DNA of 64,000 nt from Haplodiscus bocki (lineage: Eukaryota). This document shows positions 1-12,651 of the stretch, piece by piece (position 1 is the first letter of the stretch; every line of letters begins with the position of its first letter). Where the stretch lies: NCBI GenBank assembly GCA_965655095.1, contig OZ296649.1:80290001-80354000 (forward strand), in the 5' to 3' direction. The position numbers and the translations under genes are program-made. The notes under the pieces are model-generated. The model was not told the DNA's origin. It did no database searches and saw nothing but the letters and a program-made list of their open reading frames with translations.

Positions 1-3000
1 TTGATCCATTTCATTCAACGTCAGTGAAAACTAGGGACTAAATATACAACAACCATCAAAAGCATTTTTTCTGACACTCTATCAAATTTGGAAGGAAATT
101 GGTGAATGCATGTACTAAGTGTAGAAGTAAGTTTTTCTGTTTCAAATAAAACGGTTGGGAAAAGCAAGTTTAAAATAAACTTCCATGAAGATTAAAAAAA
201 GCATTTTGTTTCAAGTTTTAGAGTGATATGAAAAAATGTTCAAATTGTTCCATGTGATTAAATTAAAAATGTGTTGTTACCAATTAGATTTAAGAGGCTG
301 AAGTTATTAAAAACAACAATTTAATCGTCACAAGATACTGATGAAAACTAACAGAAGAAGGGAAGGAGTTTTTTCAATTGATGAAGATAGTTTTGGTTTT
401 GGAAATAATTAACTGAGTATAATCAATCTGTTTTTCTAAGTTTTGAGAGCTTTCTGGGAAAAGGGGAGTCGAAGATGAAGATAAAAAAAGAAAAAAACAT
501 AATCTTTTGTTCTCACATTCATTCAACTTGAAGTAACGCCGAGATTTCCTGAAAGAATGCCACCAGATTAGGAGTCGAATTGAACCGAATATTACGTTTA
601 TGTTTGAGATTCATCTAAGAACGCAAAAATAGAAGTAGGTAAAATTTTAACTGTTGATTGATAATTGTTTTCCCATTTTTTACGGTGTTATAATCCAAAC
701 TGGAATTCTTAACCTAACCGTACTGAAATTGGTTAGAGAACTGCGATTGCCTTCAAGATTGATACAGTTCATATAAAAATAGATTGTAGAAGGAAACGTT
801 TTAAATTGTGTAAGGCAACCTATTTCATTTAGTTTTGTTCTAAATGAACAACCAGGTTTTAAATATTTTGTTTAACCGGAACTTTTACATTCAATATTAC
901 TTTTAAGTCTACCTGGAAAACTTATACCTTCTTTTCAATCTAATTACCTTTTAGGCTGAGTTTAATCATAAAACTAAGACCATTACACTTTCGGTATTGA
1001 AATCATTGTTTTATGCTCTCCAAGTAAAGTCTTTTCTCTAAACAAAAGTTTTTTATAAGGTTAAGGTCCTGACAAAACTCCAAAACGAGATCTGTTTGAA
1101 TTGGCGGGCGACATTATTCGACTACATTAAGTATTGTACGTGAAACAACACATGATGATAGACACACTTTGATTCTAACTGTGGTAAATGTGATAGAAAA
1201 GAATCAAGGACTGATAATGGCAATTGTAGAAAAACAGAAGGTTTAGGTAACCTTATTGAAAATACAGGGCAACCTTCTGCAATAGCAGTTGAAAAAAGTA
1301 ACTACAACTGCTTCGATTACTCCCGGAAAGTTTTGGAGGTGGGGGCAAAAATTGGTAGTGCAGCCATATCTAAAAATCTTTGGTGGAGAACTCCTTTTGA
1401 TTTTTGTGGCGATAAGAAAAGGTTGTGACACAAAGAATATTCAATAAAACAAATCTCAAAAAATTTTCACGAAAACGGAAAACTACTTTTTTTAAGTTTT
1501 AAATAGGATTTTGTAGTTATATAAATGTTTGCTACCAAGTCATCTCTTTCCGCACATCTGCAGCTAATTACAACTGTTGAAGAAGGAGTGGAGAAAAAAA
1601 GAATGATGGAAACAGCTTCTGAAACTCTCACGAAATTCCTAAAGGAACTGTGTTTTGGCAATTTTAGCGGTGAAACTTTAGTTTTTACTATTTTGTGAAT
1701 TGAAAGAAGTCTGTAAATGGAGTTAAACATACTCATTCCCAGAAAAGTACTTGAATTGGTGTTACTTTTAATTACTAATAAAAACAGACAATATTGAAGC
1801 CGTTTCATTCAACGTCACAAAAAACTAGGGACTATATATACAACAACCATCAAAAGCATTTTTTCTGATACTCTATCAAAGTTAGAGGGAAGTTGGTGAA
1901 TGGATGCTCTAAATTTAAAAATATTTAATTCTGTTTTAAAAAAAAACAAATGGGGAAAACGAAATCAAAATAAATTTCCATGAAGATTAAAAAAACATTT
2001 TGTTTCGAACAGATACGTTGCTTCAGATGGATATTAGAAAATAGTCAGTTTTTTTCAGGTGAGTAAATTAAAAATGAGTTAATACCAATTATATTTAAGA
2101 AGACGAAATTAATAAAACAACAGTTTAACCGTCACAAAAAACGGAAGAAAACTAACAGAAGAAGGGGGAGGAAGTTTTTTAACTGATGAAGAAATTTTTG
2201 GTTTTGGAAAAAACTAATTAAGTATAATCAATCTGTTTCTCTAAGCTATGAAATCTTTCTTGGAAAAGGGGTGTCGAAGGTGAAGATGAAAATTGAAAAA
2301 ATAAAACTTTTTGTTCTCAAATTCATTCAGTTTGCACTGAAGCCGGGATTTTCTGAAAAAATGCCAGCTGATGTCGAGTTGAAAAAAAGGTAAAATTACG
2401 TTCATGTTTGAGATTATCTATGAACGCAATCAAAGAAACAAGTAAAATTTTACCTACTGATTGAAGCTCGTTTTCCAATTTTTTGAAAAATATATAATCC
2501 CAACTGGAATTATGAAGCGAACAACACTCAAATGGGTTTCAGAATTGCGATTGCTATAAGATTGATGCAGTTCATTTAAAATTAGATTGTGGAAGGAAAC
2601 ATTTTGAATTGTGTAAGGCAACCTCTTACCTTTAGTTTTTTTCTAAATGAACAACCAGGTTTTAATTTTTTTTGTTTAACCGGAACTTCTACATTCAAAA
2701 ATACTTAAAAGTCTACCTGGAAAACTTTTCCTTCTTTTCAAATTAATTATTATTAAAGTTGATTTTATTGAAAAACTAAGACAATTTCACTTTTGGTATT
2801 GAAAATATTGTTTTTTATTTTCCAAATAAAGTCTTGTTTCCCAACAAAAGTTTTTTGACAAGGTCTCCACAAAAATCCAAAAGGAGTTCTGTTCGAATTG
2901 TCGGGCGACATTTTTCGTCCAGAGTCAGTATTGTACGTGAAACAACACATGATGATAGACACACTTTGATTCTAACTGCGATAAATGTGATATAAATCAA

Positions 3001-6000
3001 TCAAGGACTGCTAACGGCATTTGTAGAAGAACCGATGGTGTAGGTAACCTTATTGAAAATACAGGGCAACCTTCTGCAATGGCAGCTAAAAAAAGTAGCT
3101 ACAAATGTTTTGATTAGTCCCGTGAAAGCTTTGGAGGTGGGAGCAAATGTTGGAAGTGCAACTATATCTAAAACTGCTAAAGCAGTTTCATCTACTACTC
3201 CAGTTATATGAAAGTTTCATCAAAGTGTGAAGTGTTTCTTGTGATTTTTGTGTCGATAAAAATTTTTTAAAACACAAATAACATCGAAAAAAAAACAAAT
3301 CTCTCTTAATTCATACGAAAACTAGTTTTTCTAAATTTTAAATAGGATTTTGTAGGTATAAAAATGTCTGCTACAATGTCATCTCTTTTCGCACATCTAG
3401 AGCTAATTACAAATGTTGAAGAAAGAGTGGATAAAAAAAGATGGAAACAGCTTCTGAAACTCTTATGAAATTCCTAAAGTAACTGTGTTTTGGCAATTTC
3501 AGCGGTGAAACTATGGTTTTTACTATTTTGTGAATTGAAAGAAGTTTGTAAATGGAGTTAAATATACCCATTCCCAGAAACTTGCTTGAATGGTTGTCAC
3601 TTTTAATTACTAAAAAAGGGACAATATTGAAGCCATTTCATTCAACGTCACAGAAATCTAGGGACTAAAAATACAACAACCATCAAAAGCATTTTTTCTG
3701 ATACTCTATCAAATTTAGAAGGAAGTTGGTTAATGGATGCACTAAGTTTAGAAGTATTTAATTCTGTTTTTAATAGTACAATTGGGGAAAACGAAATCAA
3801 AAGAAAATTCCATGAAGATTGAAAAACATTTTGTTTCGAATAGATACGTTGCTTCAAATGGATATTGGAAAATAATCAAATTTTTTCAGGTGAGTAAATT
3901 AAAAATGAGTTTTTACCAATTATATTTAGGAAGACGAAATTATTAAAGCAACAGTTTAATCGTCACAAAAAACTGAAGAAAACTAACAGAAGAAGGGGAT
4001 GGATCTTTTTTTACTGATGAAGATAGTTTTGGTTTTGGAAATAATTAACTAAGTATAATCAATCTGTTTCTGTAAGTTTTGAAATCTTTCTTGGAAAAAG
4101 GGTTGTCGAAGGTGAAGACGAAAATTGAAAAAATAAAACTTTTTGTTCTCAATTTCATTCAGTTTGAACTGAAGCCAGGATTTTCTGAAAAAATGCCATC
4201 TTATGTCAAGTTGAAAAGAAGGTAAAATTACGTTCATGTTTGAGATTTATCTCTGAACTCAAATAAAGAAACAAGTAAAAGTTTACCTATTGATTGAAAC
4301 TCGTTTTCCAATTTCTTAAAAAAATTTAATCCCAACGGGGAATATGAAGCAAACAACACATAAAGGGGTTAAAGAACTGCAATTGCCATAAGATTGATAC
4401 AGTTCATTTAAAATTAGATTGTGGAAGGAAACATTTTGAATTGTGTAAGGCAACCTCTTACCTTTAGTTTTTTTCTAAATGAACAACCAGGTTTTAATTT
4501 TTTTGTTTAACCGGAACTTTACATTCAAAAACACTTAAAAGTCTACCTGGAAAATTTTTCCTTCTTTTCAAATTAATTATTATTAAAGTTGATTCTATTG
4601 AAAAACTAAGACAATTACACTTTTGGTATTGTAGGTATTGTTTTTTACTTTCCAAATAAAGTCTTTTTTCCCAACAAAAGTTTTTTGACAAGGTCTCAAC
4701 AAAAATTCAAAAGGAGTTCTTTTGGAATTGGCGGGCGACATTTTTCGGCTAGAGTCAGTATTGTACGTGAAACAACACATAATGATAGACACAATTTGAT
4801 TCTAACTGCGATAAATGTGATAGAAAAGAACCAAGGAGCGATAATGGCAATTGTACAAAAACCGAAGTTTAAGGTAACCTTATTGAAAATACAGGGCAAC
4901 CTTCTGCAATGGCAGTTAAAAAGTCGCTACAGTTGTTTTGATTGTTCCCGTTAAAGCTTTGGAGGTGGGAGCAAAAATTGGTAGTGCAGCCATATCTAAA
5001 AAACGTAAAGCAGCTTCATCTACTACTCCAGATATATGAAAGTTTCATCAAACTGTGAAGAGTTTCTTGTGATTTTGTGTCGATAAAAATTACTTAGGAC
5101 ACAAAAAATTTTGAAAAAAAACAAAACTCTCTTAGTTCATACGAAAACTAGTTTTGTTAAATTTTAAATAGATTTTTGTAGGTATATAAAAGTCTGCTGC
5201 CATGTCATCTGTTTCCGCACATCTAGAGCTAATTACAATTGTTGAAGAAGGAGTGGAGAATAAATGAATGATGAAAACGGCTTGAGAAACTCTAATAAAA
5301 TTCCTAAAGTTAATATGTTTTGCCGTTTTCAACTGTAAAACTAGAGTTTCTACTATTTTGTGAAAAGATAGAAATTTGTAAATGGAGTTATTTATTTATT
5401 CCCAAAAAGGTACGTGAATGGTTGTTGCTTTCAATTACTAAAAATAGAAAGACAATAATCAAGCCATTTCATTCAACGTCACAGAAGACTGAACACTAAA
5501 CATGCAACAACCATCAAAAGCATGTTTTTTCTGATACTCTATCAATTTCAGAAGGAAATTGGTTAATGGATGAACTAAGTTTAGAAACATTTATTTCTGT
5601 TTTTAATAAAACAATTAGGAAAAACGAATTTGAAAACAATTTCTATGAAGGTGTAAAAAATGCATTGCTTATGGAATAGATACGTTTTTTCAGATGGACA
5701 TGAAAATTAGTCAATTTTTTTCGGGTGACTAATGTAAAAATGAGCTACAACCAAATGTATTTAGGAAATTAAAACCATTAAAGCAACAGTAAAAACTTAA
5801 CGAAAAACTGAAAAACTGACAAAAGAAGGGGAAAAAATCAGATTTTGTAACTAATAAAGGTACTTTGCTTTTAGAAAACATTAAATAAGTATAATCAATC
5901 TGTTTTTCTAAGTTTTGGAAGATCTTTTAGAAAACAAGTGTCGAAACTCAAGATAGAATTTAAAAAAATATTTTTATTCTCAATTTCAATCAACTTGAAC

Positions 6001-7200
6001 TAAGGCCAGGATTTTCTGAAAGAATGCCACCTGATGACGAGTTGAAAAGTACTGAATATTACGTTTGTGTTTGAGATTTATATATGAACGCAAATTTGGA
6101 AACAAGTAAAGTTTTACCTATTGAATAAGACTTGTTTTCCTATTTACTGGTATCATAAACTATACTGGAATAATGAATGTAACAAAACTTAAATTGGTTA
6201 GAGAACTGCGATTTTCTTTAGGATTGATAAAGTTCAATTAAAAGAAGATTGTAGAAGGAAGCCTTTTAACTGGTGTAAGGCAACCTATTTCATATAGTTT
6301 TGCTCTAAATGAACAACCAGGTTTAAAATTTTTGTTTCACCGGAAATAATACAATGTAATATTTTTGGGTTTACCCGGGTTCCTATTACTTTCTTCTGCG
6401 AACACATGTCTTTGAACTTGATTTAAATGAAAAAACTAAGACCTTTACTTTTTTGGTAATGAATTTACATGTTCATACTTTCCAAATAAAATCGTATTTC
6501 TGTTCCAAAAATTTTGTGATAAGGTCTTATCAAATGTTCAAAAAGAGTTTTGTCTGAGTTGAGGGGCGACATTATTGGGCTACAGTAAGTATTGTACGTG
6601 ATACAACACATGATGATAAACATTTTTTTGGTTCTAACGGTGATAAATGTGATAAAAAGCAATCAAGGACTGATAATGGCAATTGTAGAAAAACCGAAGG
6701 TTTAGGTAACCTTTTAAAGAAACAGGGCAAAACTCTGCCATATCTGCTGAAAAAGGTACAATTGTTTTGATTAATCCCGGAAAAGTTTTGGAGGTGTAGG
6801 CAAAAATTGGTAGTGCAGCTATATTTAGAAAACCAAAAGCAGCTTCATCTACTACTGCAGATATTTGGAATTTTAAACTCACTGGTCATAAATTTCATCT
6901 TGGGAAACTTTTGTTGATGCAAAATACATATGACACAATTAAAACTGCGTAAGACAGTTTCATCCTAAATTTTACATAGAAAGATTCTTTTGATTTTGTA
7001 GATTTATAATTGTTTGACACCAAGTTACAGCGTTCTGCTTTTTTAGGACCAATTACAACGTTTGAAGAGGAATTAAAATGGAAAAATTGATACGAACAAC
7101 TTTAAAACCTCTTTCAAATTCTTCAAACAAATGATTAACTACTTCAAAGTGAAAGACAGTAAATGAAAAGAGAGGTGGAAAATTTACAAAAAATTTTCTT
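1..7200. repeat. Diverged tandem array, ~1.8-kb unit, about 4 copies (continues off the left edge)
   Basis: Landmark CCATTTCATTCAACGTCA-like words recur at ~6, ~1800, ~3633 and ~5463. GTATTGTACGTGAAACAACACA-like words recur at ~1131, ~2928, ~4758 and ~6588. Short ORFs recur between units (2765/4595/6465). Right boundary approximate. Confidence 0.9.
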
Positions 7201-7949
7201 TCAAATTGAAAACAGTTGATACTTTTGTTTTTAGTGCTACAACTTCCACTTTTGTAACCTTATCTGTTGCTGATTTTGCAACATTAGTAATACTAATTTC
7301 AAGGGAATGGCTTGTGAATTAACACTAACTAATAATGTTTTTCGTGGACGACATTTGAATAAATCTTATCGGAGTGAAAAAATTTCAGAGAGCTCAACAC
7401 ACTTTTAAATCTTTTGATGAATTATATAGAAAATTTTTATATAATATTGTGGTTTATGAGAAAGATTTTGATTCTCTTTATTATCCTTTTAAAGTACCTG
7501 AATGAAAACAAAAATGGTTCTTTTTTAAAATTAGATTATGACGACAAACATAATTAGTAACTATAAAATTTAGGTAAACTCTGCCTGAAGTAGTGTGGCT
7601 CTGTGAGTGTAGAAAATTGCTAGAGGTGAACCTAGATCTAGGTCTTAAAGTCTCATTCCTAAACACAACTTTGTCTTTTTGTAAGTAACGTAAAAACTTC
7701 TTAGAAGGTGACAAGAACTATAGAAAGGTGAAAAAAAGTAAACATTGTTTGATTGAAGAAAACTAACGTCAGTTTTGTGAATTGTTTGACATGAAAAAAT
7801 GGTTACGAAAAACAAATGCGGAAGGAAGAAGAAAAAAGAACTTCGATTTTAGGTCCTCGTTTTTTGTGGTAAAAGTTTTTTTGTAATGAAAATTGTAAAA
7901 TTTGTCTTCATTGGATCTTTTTTCAATATAGGTAGATTGCCTGAACTGT

Positions 7950-10650
7950 ATGATGACGGAAATAAAAGAAGAGAAGATATTAAATAGATAAGTGAATCCA
8001 TTAAGCAATATCCGAGAAGAGAAGAAACGCTAAATAGGCGCAAGTATCAATTTTCTGAGTAAAATATTTACAAAAACATTCAAGAATAAAATACGAAACG
8101 TACGAACTGTAGGCAGGACATGCCTGCTAACTGGAATTATGGGAAACATGCGAGTTTGAGAAAGAGCACTGGTTGGCTAAAACCCATTTGGTTGCTTTTC
8201 AGAAAGACATTCTTTGAATTTGACATAGGTAAATCATGTCTGTTTTCCAGATTAGAAGACAAGAAAATTTGCGACCGAAGTCTCAAACACGACACATCGG
8301 TTTCCCTACAAAGGTTTCATCTTGGATATTTTCAAACGTTCATTGACTAGTGCATAACTGCAAACTAACAAGTAGACTCCATGACAAACGAAGGGATTCC
8401 ACGATAAGGTCTCTGAACAGCCAAAAACAAATCATCAAAACTTTTGCACACTGTGAAACTTCCGACCTTTGACAAACCTAACTGGATACTCTTACGTCTT
8501 TTTTTTCTGAGCTCTGAGTGAACACTAAACAGCTGCATTCCATCAAGTAGTCTCCGATAACGCCATTTCGAACAAACAACCAGGAGAATCGAAATTCATA
8601 AGAGCGGTCAAGACGTTCGGGAGAGAAAAGTAAATCGGGAAGTCCAGGCTTTTTCGTAACTTTCTTCGCTGCATATTTTGAGCACCAGAAGACTGCTACG
8701 ATTCATTGCTCATTTTTTGAGAAGAACAGCGTCGCAAACTAGACGCGCAAGGAACAATTATCCGAAAAAAATTCATTCAAAGTGTCTAATGAACAGAGTA
8801 CGGTACGCACCAATTGTAAGTACGACATGCCTGCTTCCTGGAAATGTTTTACACATGGGAATTTCAGAACGAGGGTTGATGGGCTGAAATCAAACATTTT
8901 GCTTCTCTTGCACACGTTCTTTGCAAATGACAAAAGGAAACTATCTTCATTTTCCAGACTACTGTATTGTAAAACAAAAAATTTTGCGACCAAAGTCTCA
9001 GGCACTTGAAATCAGTTTCTCCCCGAAAAAAAATCATTTGGGAAGTTTTCGAACTTCCAATGACTTCTGTTTGGCTGTAATCCAACAAGCACTTTCAAAG
9101 GCAATGGAATTGGAAAAGGACTGGAAGATTTAGTTTTCTGATTCATCGAAAAAGGTCATAACAGTTTATGCACAGTTTGAAGCGAACAAAACTTGACACA
9201 TCTACCTGGATCTGCTTCAGCTTTTCTTTTCTGAATCCTGAAAGAACATCAAATGGCCGCAATTTGACAAGTAGTCTGCGACTAGAAAGATTCTGAGGAA
9301 ACAACCAAAAGAATCGCGTTTCAAAATACGGGTCGAGAAGTTCCAGGACAAAAAATTGAAAGCGGATATCCTGCCCTTTTCGTAGATTTCACTTTTCTTG
9401 AGAAATTGAAAACTCAAAAGATTGCTTCATTGAATCAAACAGTTTACGACAAAGTTAAATACGCAAAATGAACGCAACTATCATTTCCCGTACTGAATAA
9501 AATTAGTTAAAAACATTCATGGACCGAGTACGAAACGTTGAAACTGTAAGGGTGACAAGCCTGATTAATGGAATCGTTTCCAATGTGAGAGTATCGGAAC
9601 TAGCACGTGTTGGCCGCAATCCATTAGGTTGCTTTTGTTGAAGAGATTCCTCGAAAAAGACCCAAGGAAGTATTTTTGTTTTCCGGACTACAAGACAAGA
9701 AAAATTGCGGCTAATTTCAAACACCAGGTTTTGTTTTACTCACTAAATTTTCAATTTGGGTGCTTTCAACCTCTCAACAACTTTTCATCAGCTGCAATTC
9801 ATCAAGCATTCTCATTCAAAAGAAATTGACGTTGAAAAAGAATACACTATTTACTTCCCTTATGCGCCAAGAGCACGTCATCATGCTTTATGCAAAGTGT
9901 GAAAAGTACAAACCTAAGGACAAAAAATGAATGTTTCTAGCTTTTCCACTTTTGAGTTTTGAATGAGCATGATATGGCTGCAGTTCAACATAAAGTCTCC
10001 GATGCAAGCCTATCTGAAGGAACAACCGGAAGAAACGGAGTTCAAAGTACCGGTCAAGACGTTCCGGTAGAAATAAACCAAACAAGACATCCAAGTTTTT
10101 TTTCGTAAACTCTTTTTGGGAGCTTTAAAAACCAGCAGACTGCTGCAAACTATTAGACAGTCTTCAAGAAAAGAAACATTGCAAAACAGACCCAAGTAAC
10201 ATTTCTCCGATTAGAGAAATAGTCGAAAGTTTTCATCGAAAGAGTACGATACGTAAGAAACAAAAAAGTCACATGCCTGCTCGTTGGAATTTATTCAAAA
10301 GTTCTGCTCGTTGTAAAAGCCACATTCTTGCTCGTTGGAGATTGATAATGAGCATTAGTTGGCTACAAACCATCCGGTAGTCTCTGAGATAGACATTTTT
10401 TGAAAATGACAAACTTATAGTACATTTGTTTTCCAGACGACAAGACATGAATTTTTGTCACCAAAGTCTCCAACCCGGCAATTCGATTTATTGACAAATT
10501 TTTCGTTTTCAGTGCTTTCAAACCTTCAATGACTAAGGTATGTCTACTTCCTTACAAGTGAATTCGAAAGCAAACCTCTTCGAAAAAGAATGAAAAAAAT
10601 TGTTCTCTGATCAAGTAAGATCAATTCATCATTCTTTATGCAACTACAAA
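7950..10650. repeat. Highly diverged tandem array, ~715-bp unit, about 4 copies
   Basis: GAGTACG..ACG...ACATGCCTG..TGGAA motif at ~8100, ~8800, ~9527, ~10243. TTTCCAGA...ACAAGAAAATTTG.GACC motif at ~8243, ~8951, ~9680, ~10430. CGGTCAAGACGTTC at ~8605 and ~10051. Confidence 0.75.
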
Positions 10651-11199
10651 ACCTTACCAAACTACCAGCTTTTTATCAGATTTTCAATTTTAGGAAAGTT
10701 GAAGAAAACACGACGGCTGCAGTACAGCAAGTTGTTTCCAACGAAATCCATTCCGAAGGAATAGGCCAAAAATTGAACTTCAAATTAACCGTCATTTCCT
10801 TTCGAGGGAAAATAGTGACCCGGGATTTTCAGGATTCCTTGGATTTTACTTTTCTTAAAATTTGAAAACTTGGAATAGAATCCGAGACAGTTTTGTTCAG
10901 GAAGACTTGATTCAAATTCTGAAAAAGGTTGTGAAGTCTGAAAACTCAAAGCTCACAACGCATTACTGCTGTAAGCTGGGAAATATTATTAGCTGGGATA
11001 CATTTGGATCTTTTACGAGGCCTATTCGATCCAAAATTCTTAGTAGGCGGTCTGACTCTTTTCATTATGACTTTCAGAGTTTTTTCGGGGAACCAACTGC
11101 GGAGAGCTAATATGTTCTCTTCGAGGTATGCTAACATTGAGAATTTTTGGTTACAACTAAAAACATGAAGAAAAAAATTTGTCGTCCAGATCTTTAACA

Positions 11200-11870
11200 C
11201 TAGGAGTTGGGGATTAAAAGGTTTCGAGGAAGTCGGTTGATAACGTGGATGCTAGCTTGAAGCAATTTGAGTTTTGGATTGTGGGTGTTTGTGTTTTATC
11301 ATAATCAAAATGATGGCAACCGTTGCCTAGCTTGGATTTTCGGAAGTTATTGAAATTTCGCTTGTAAAGACTAATTATGTGTGGATCAAAAAGAGTTTTG
11401 GAAACAGTGAGACTTATTTTTGCAGGCGGTGGAAAAATATGGGTTCATGCTGTCGGTAATTGGAGATCTGCTTGCGCAAAGCAATTAGTCTACTATCGCG
11501 CTTCATTAGATAAGCGTTAGATTTGAAGGGTGCTGCTAAGGAAAATTTGTTTAATCGATTTGGCAGGTTTTTATCTGAGCGGACATAGTGTTAATGAAAG
11601 ATGGCAAATCGGTATTGGCGAATCAAGAAAGTATCCCATTCAAATTTTAGGTGCCTAATTAACGAAGACGCGACAGTACAAAACTGGTAAATTTCATGAA
11701 TGTGAAGCGAGATACAACGAAAAGGATCTAGTTGACAAGTTTATCAGGAACTGAGTCAATTGGTCGCACCAGGTAATTTGATCAGGCTTCCAACCTAAAT
11801 ATGCCTCTCAATCCTGAGGCTACGACCCAACAGGAACCTCTATAACCTTATTGTTGAAATCATCTGTACC
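11200..11870 (-). mobile_element. Possible very degraded non-LTR (LINE) RT 3' fragment
   Basis: Minus-strand translation near 11740-11800 (IKLPGATN*LSS) weakly resembles the LINE thumb motif IKYLGVTID. No intact ORF. Confidence 0.25.
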
Positions 11871-12651
11871 GATTGCCTGATATACTAAATATGAACGAAA
11901 ACATTTCTTTCAATTATTTATTCTGGTAGTCTTACAATTTCTTGTATTCAATATTATATCATGTTCTAATTGGTTCGTCTTTCCACCCATTCTTTGAGTT
12001 CTTACAATTCATTGATTGATGGTCTTTTTATAATTTGTTGTAGTTCAGTCCACTATCCCTAAAATGATCACCTTCATGCCTTGAAATAACTTTTTCCGGG
12101 CGATTCTTAGTTCGCGCTTTTTGCTACTGTGGTGCTTATCCTGGGCATCCATTGTTTTTTGGCCTGAGTTTGATTCTTGGCTGCCATCATCTCTACGGAT
12201 CTCTTCGAAACTCGATTTTTTTCTGGGAAAACTCGAGTGAAGTTTAAAATTCTTAAGAAACGAATCTGCAAGAAATTGCTGCCGGTTGACTTTATTCAAA
12301 TGGGCGAATTTTTTCAACATCGAAGTAAGTTAGCATTTCTTTCATCCTTTTGTGAGACACACAAACACCGACCGGTATGTAGTTTACGTTATTTTTCACG
12401 AAAGAGTTTTACCCACCGAAAACTTTATTTTACTTTTTGGTTACTAGGTATCAATTTTCTGTAATTTACATCTAAACGTATTTTAAGAAATAATTGCTCT
12501 GAATGCAAAGCTTTGAGCTTTGAGTACTGCAACAGCATAATAAAGGAAAATAAACATTTGTTTAAGAAATAAAATGAATAAAAGTACCATTTACAGGTCA
12601 GAAAGTTCAGCAATGACAGTATAAAGTTCAATAATTGGCAGCTCGCAGCTT

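Noticed and set aside
12045-12320. 91-aa ORF just downstream of CHDH as a co-transcribed gene
   Set aside because: No recognisable motif and no supportable exon chain.
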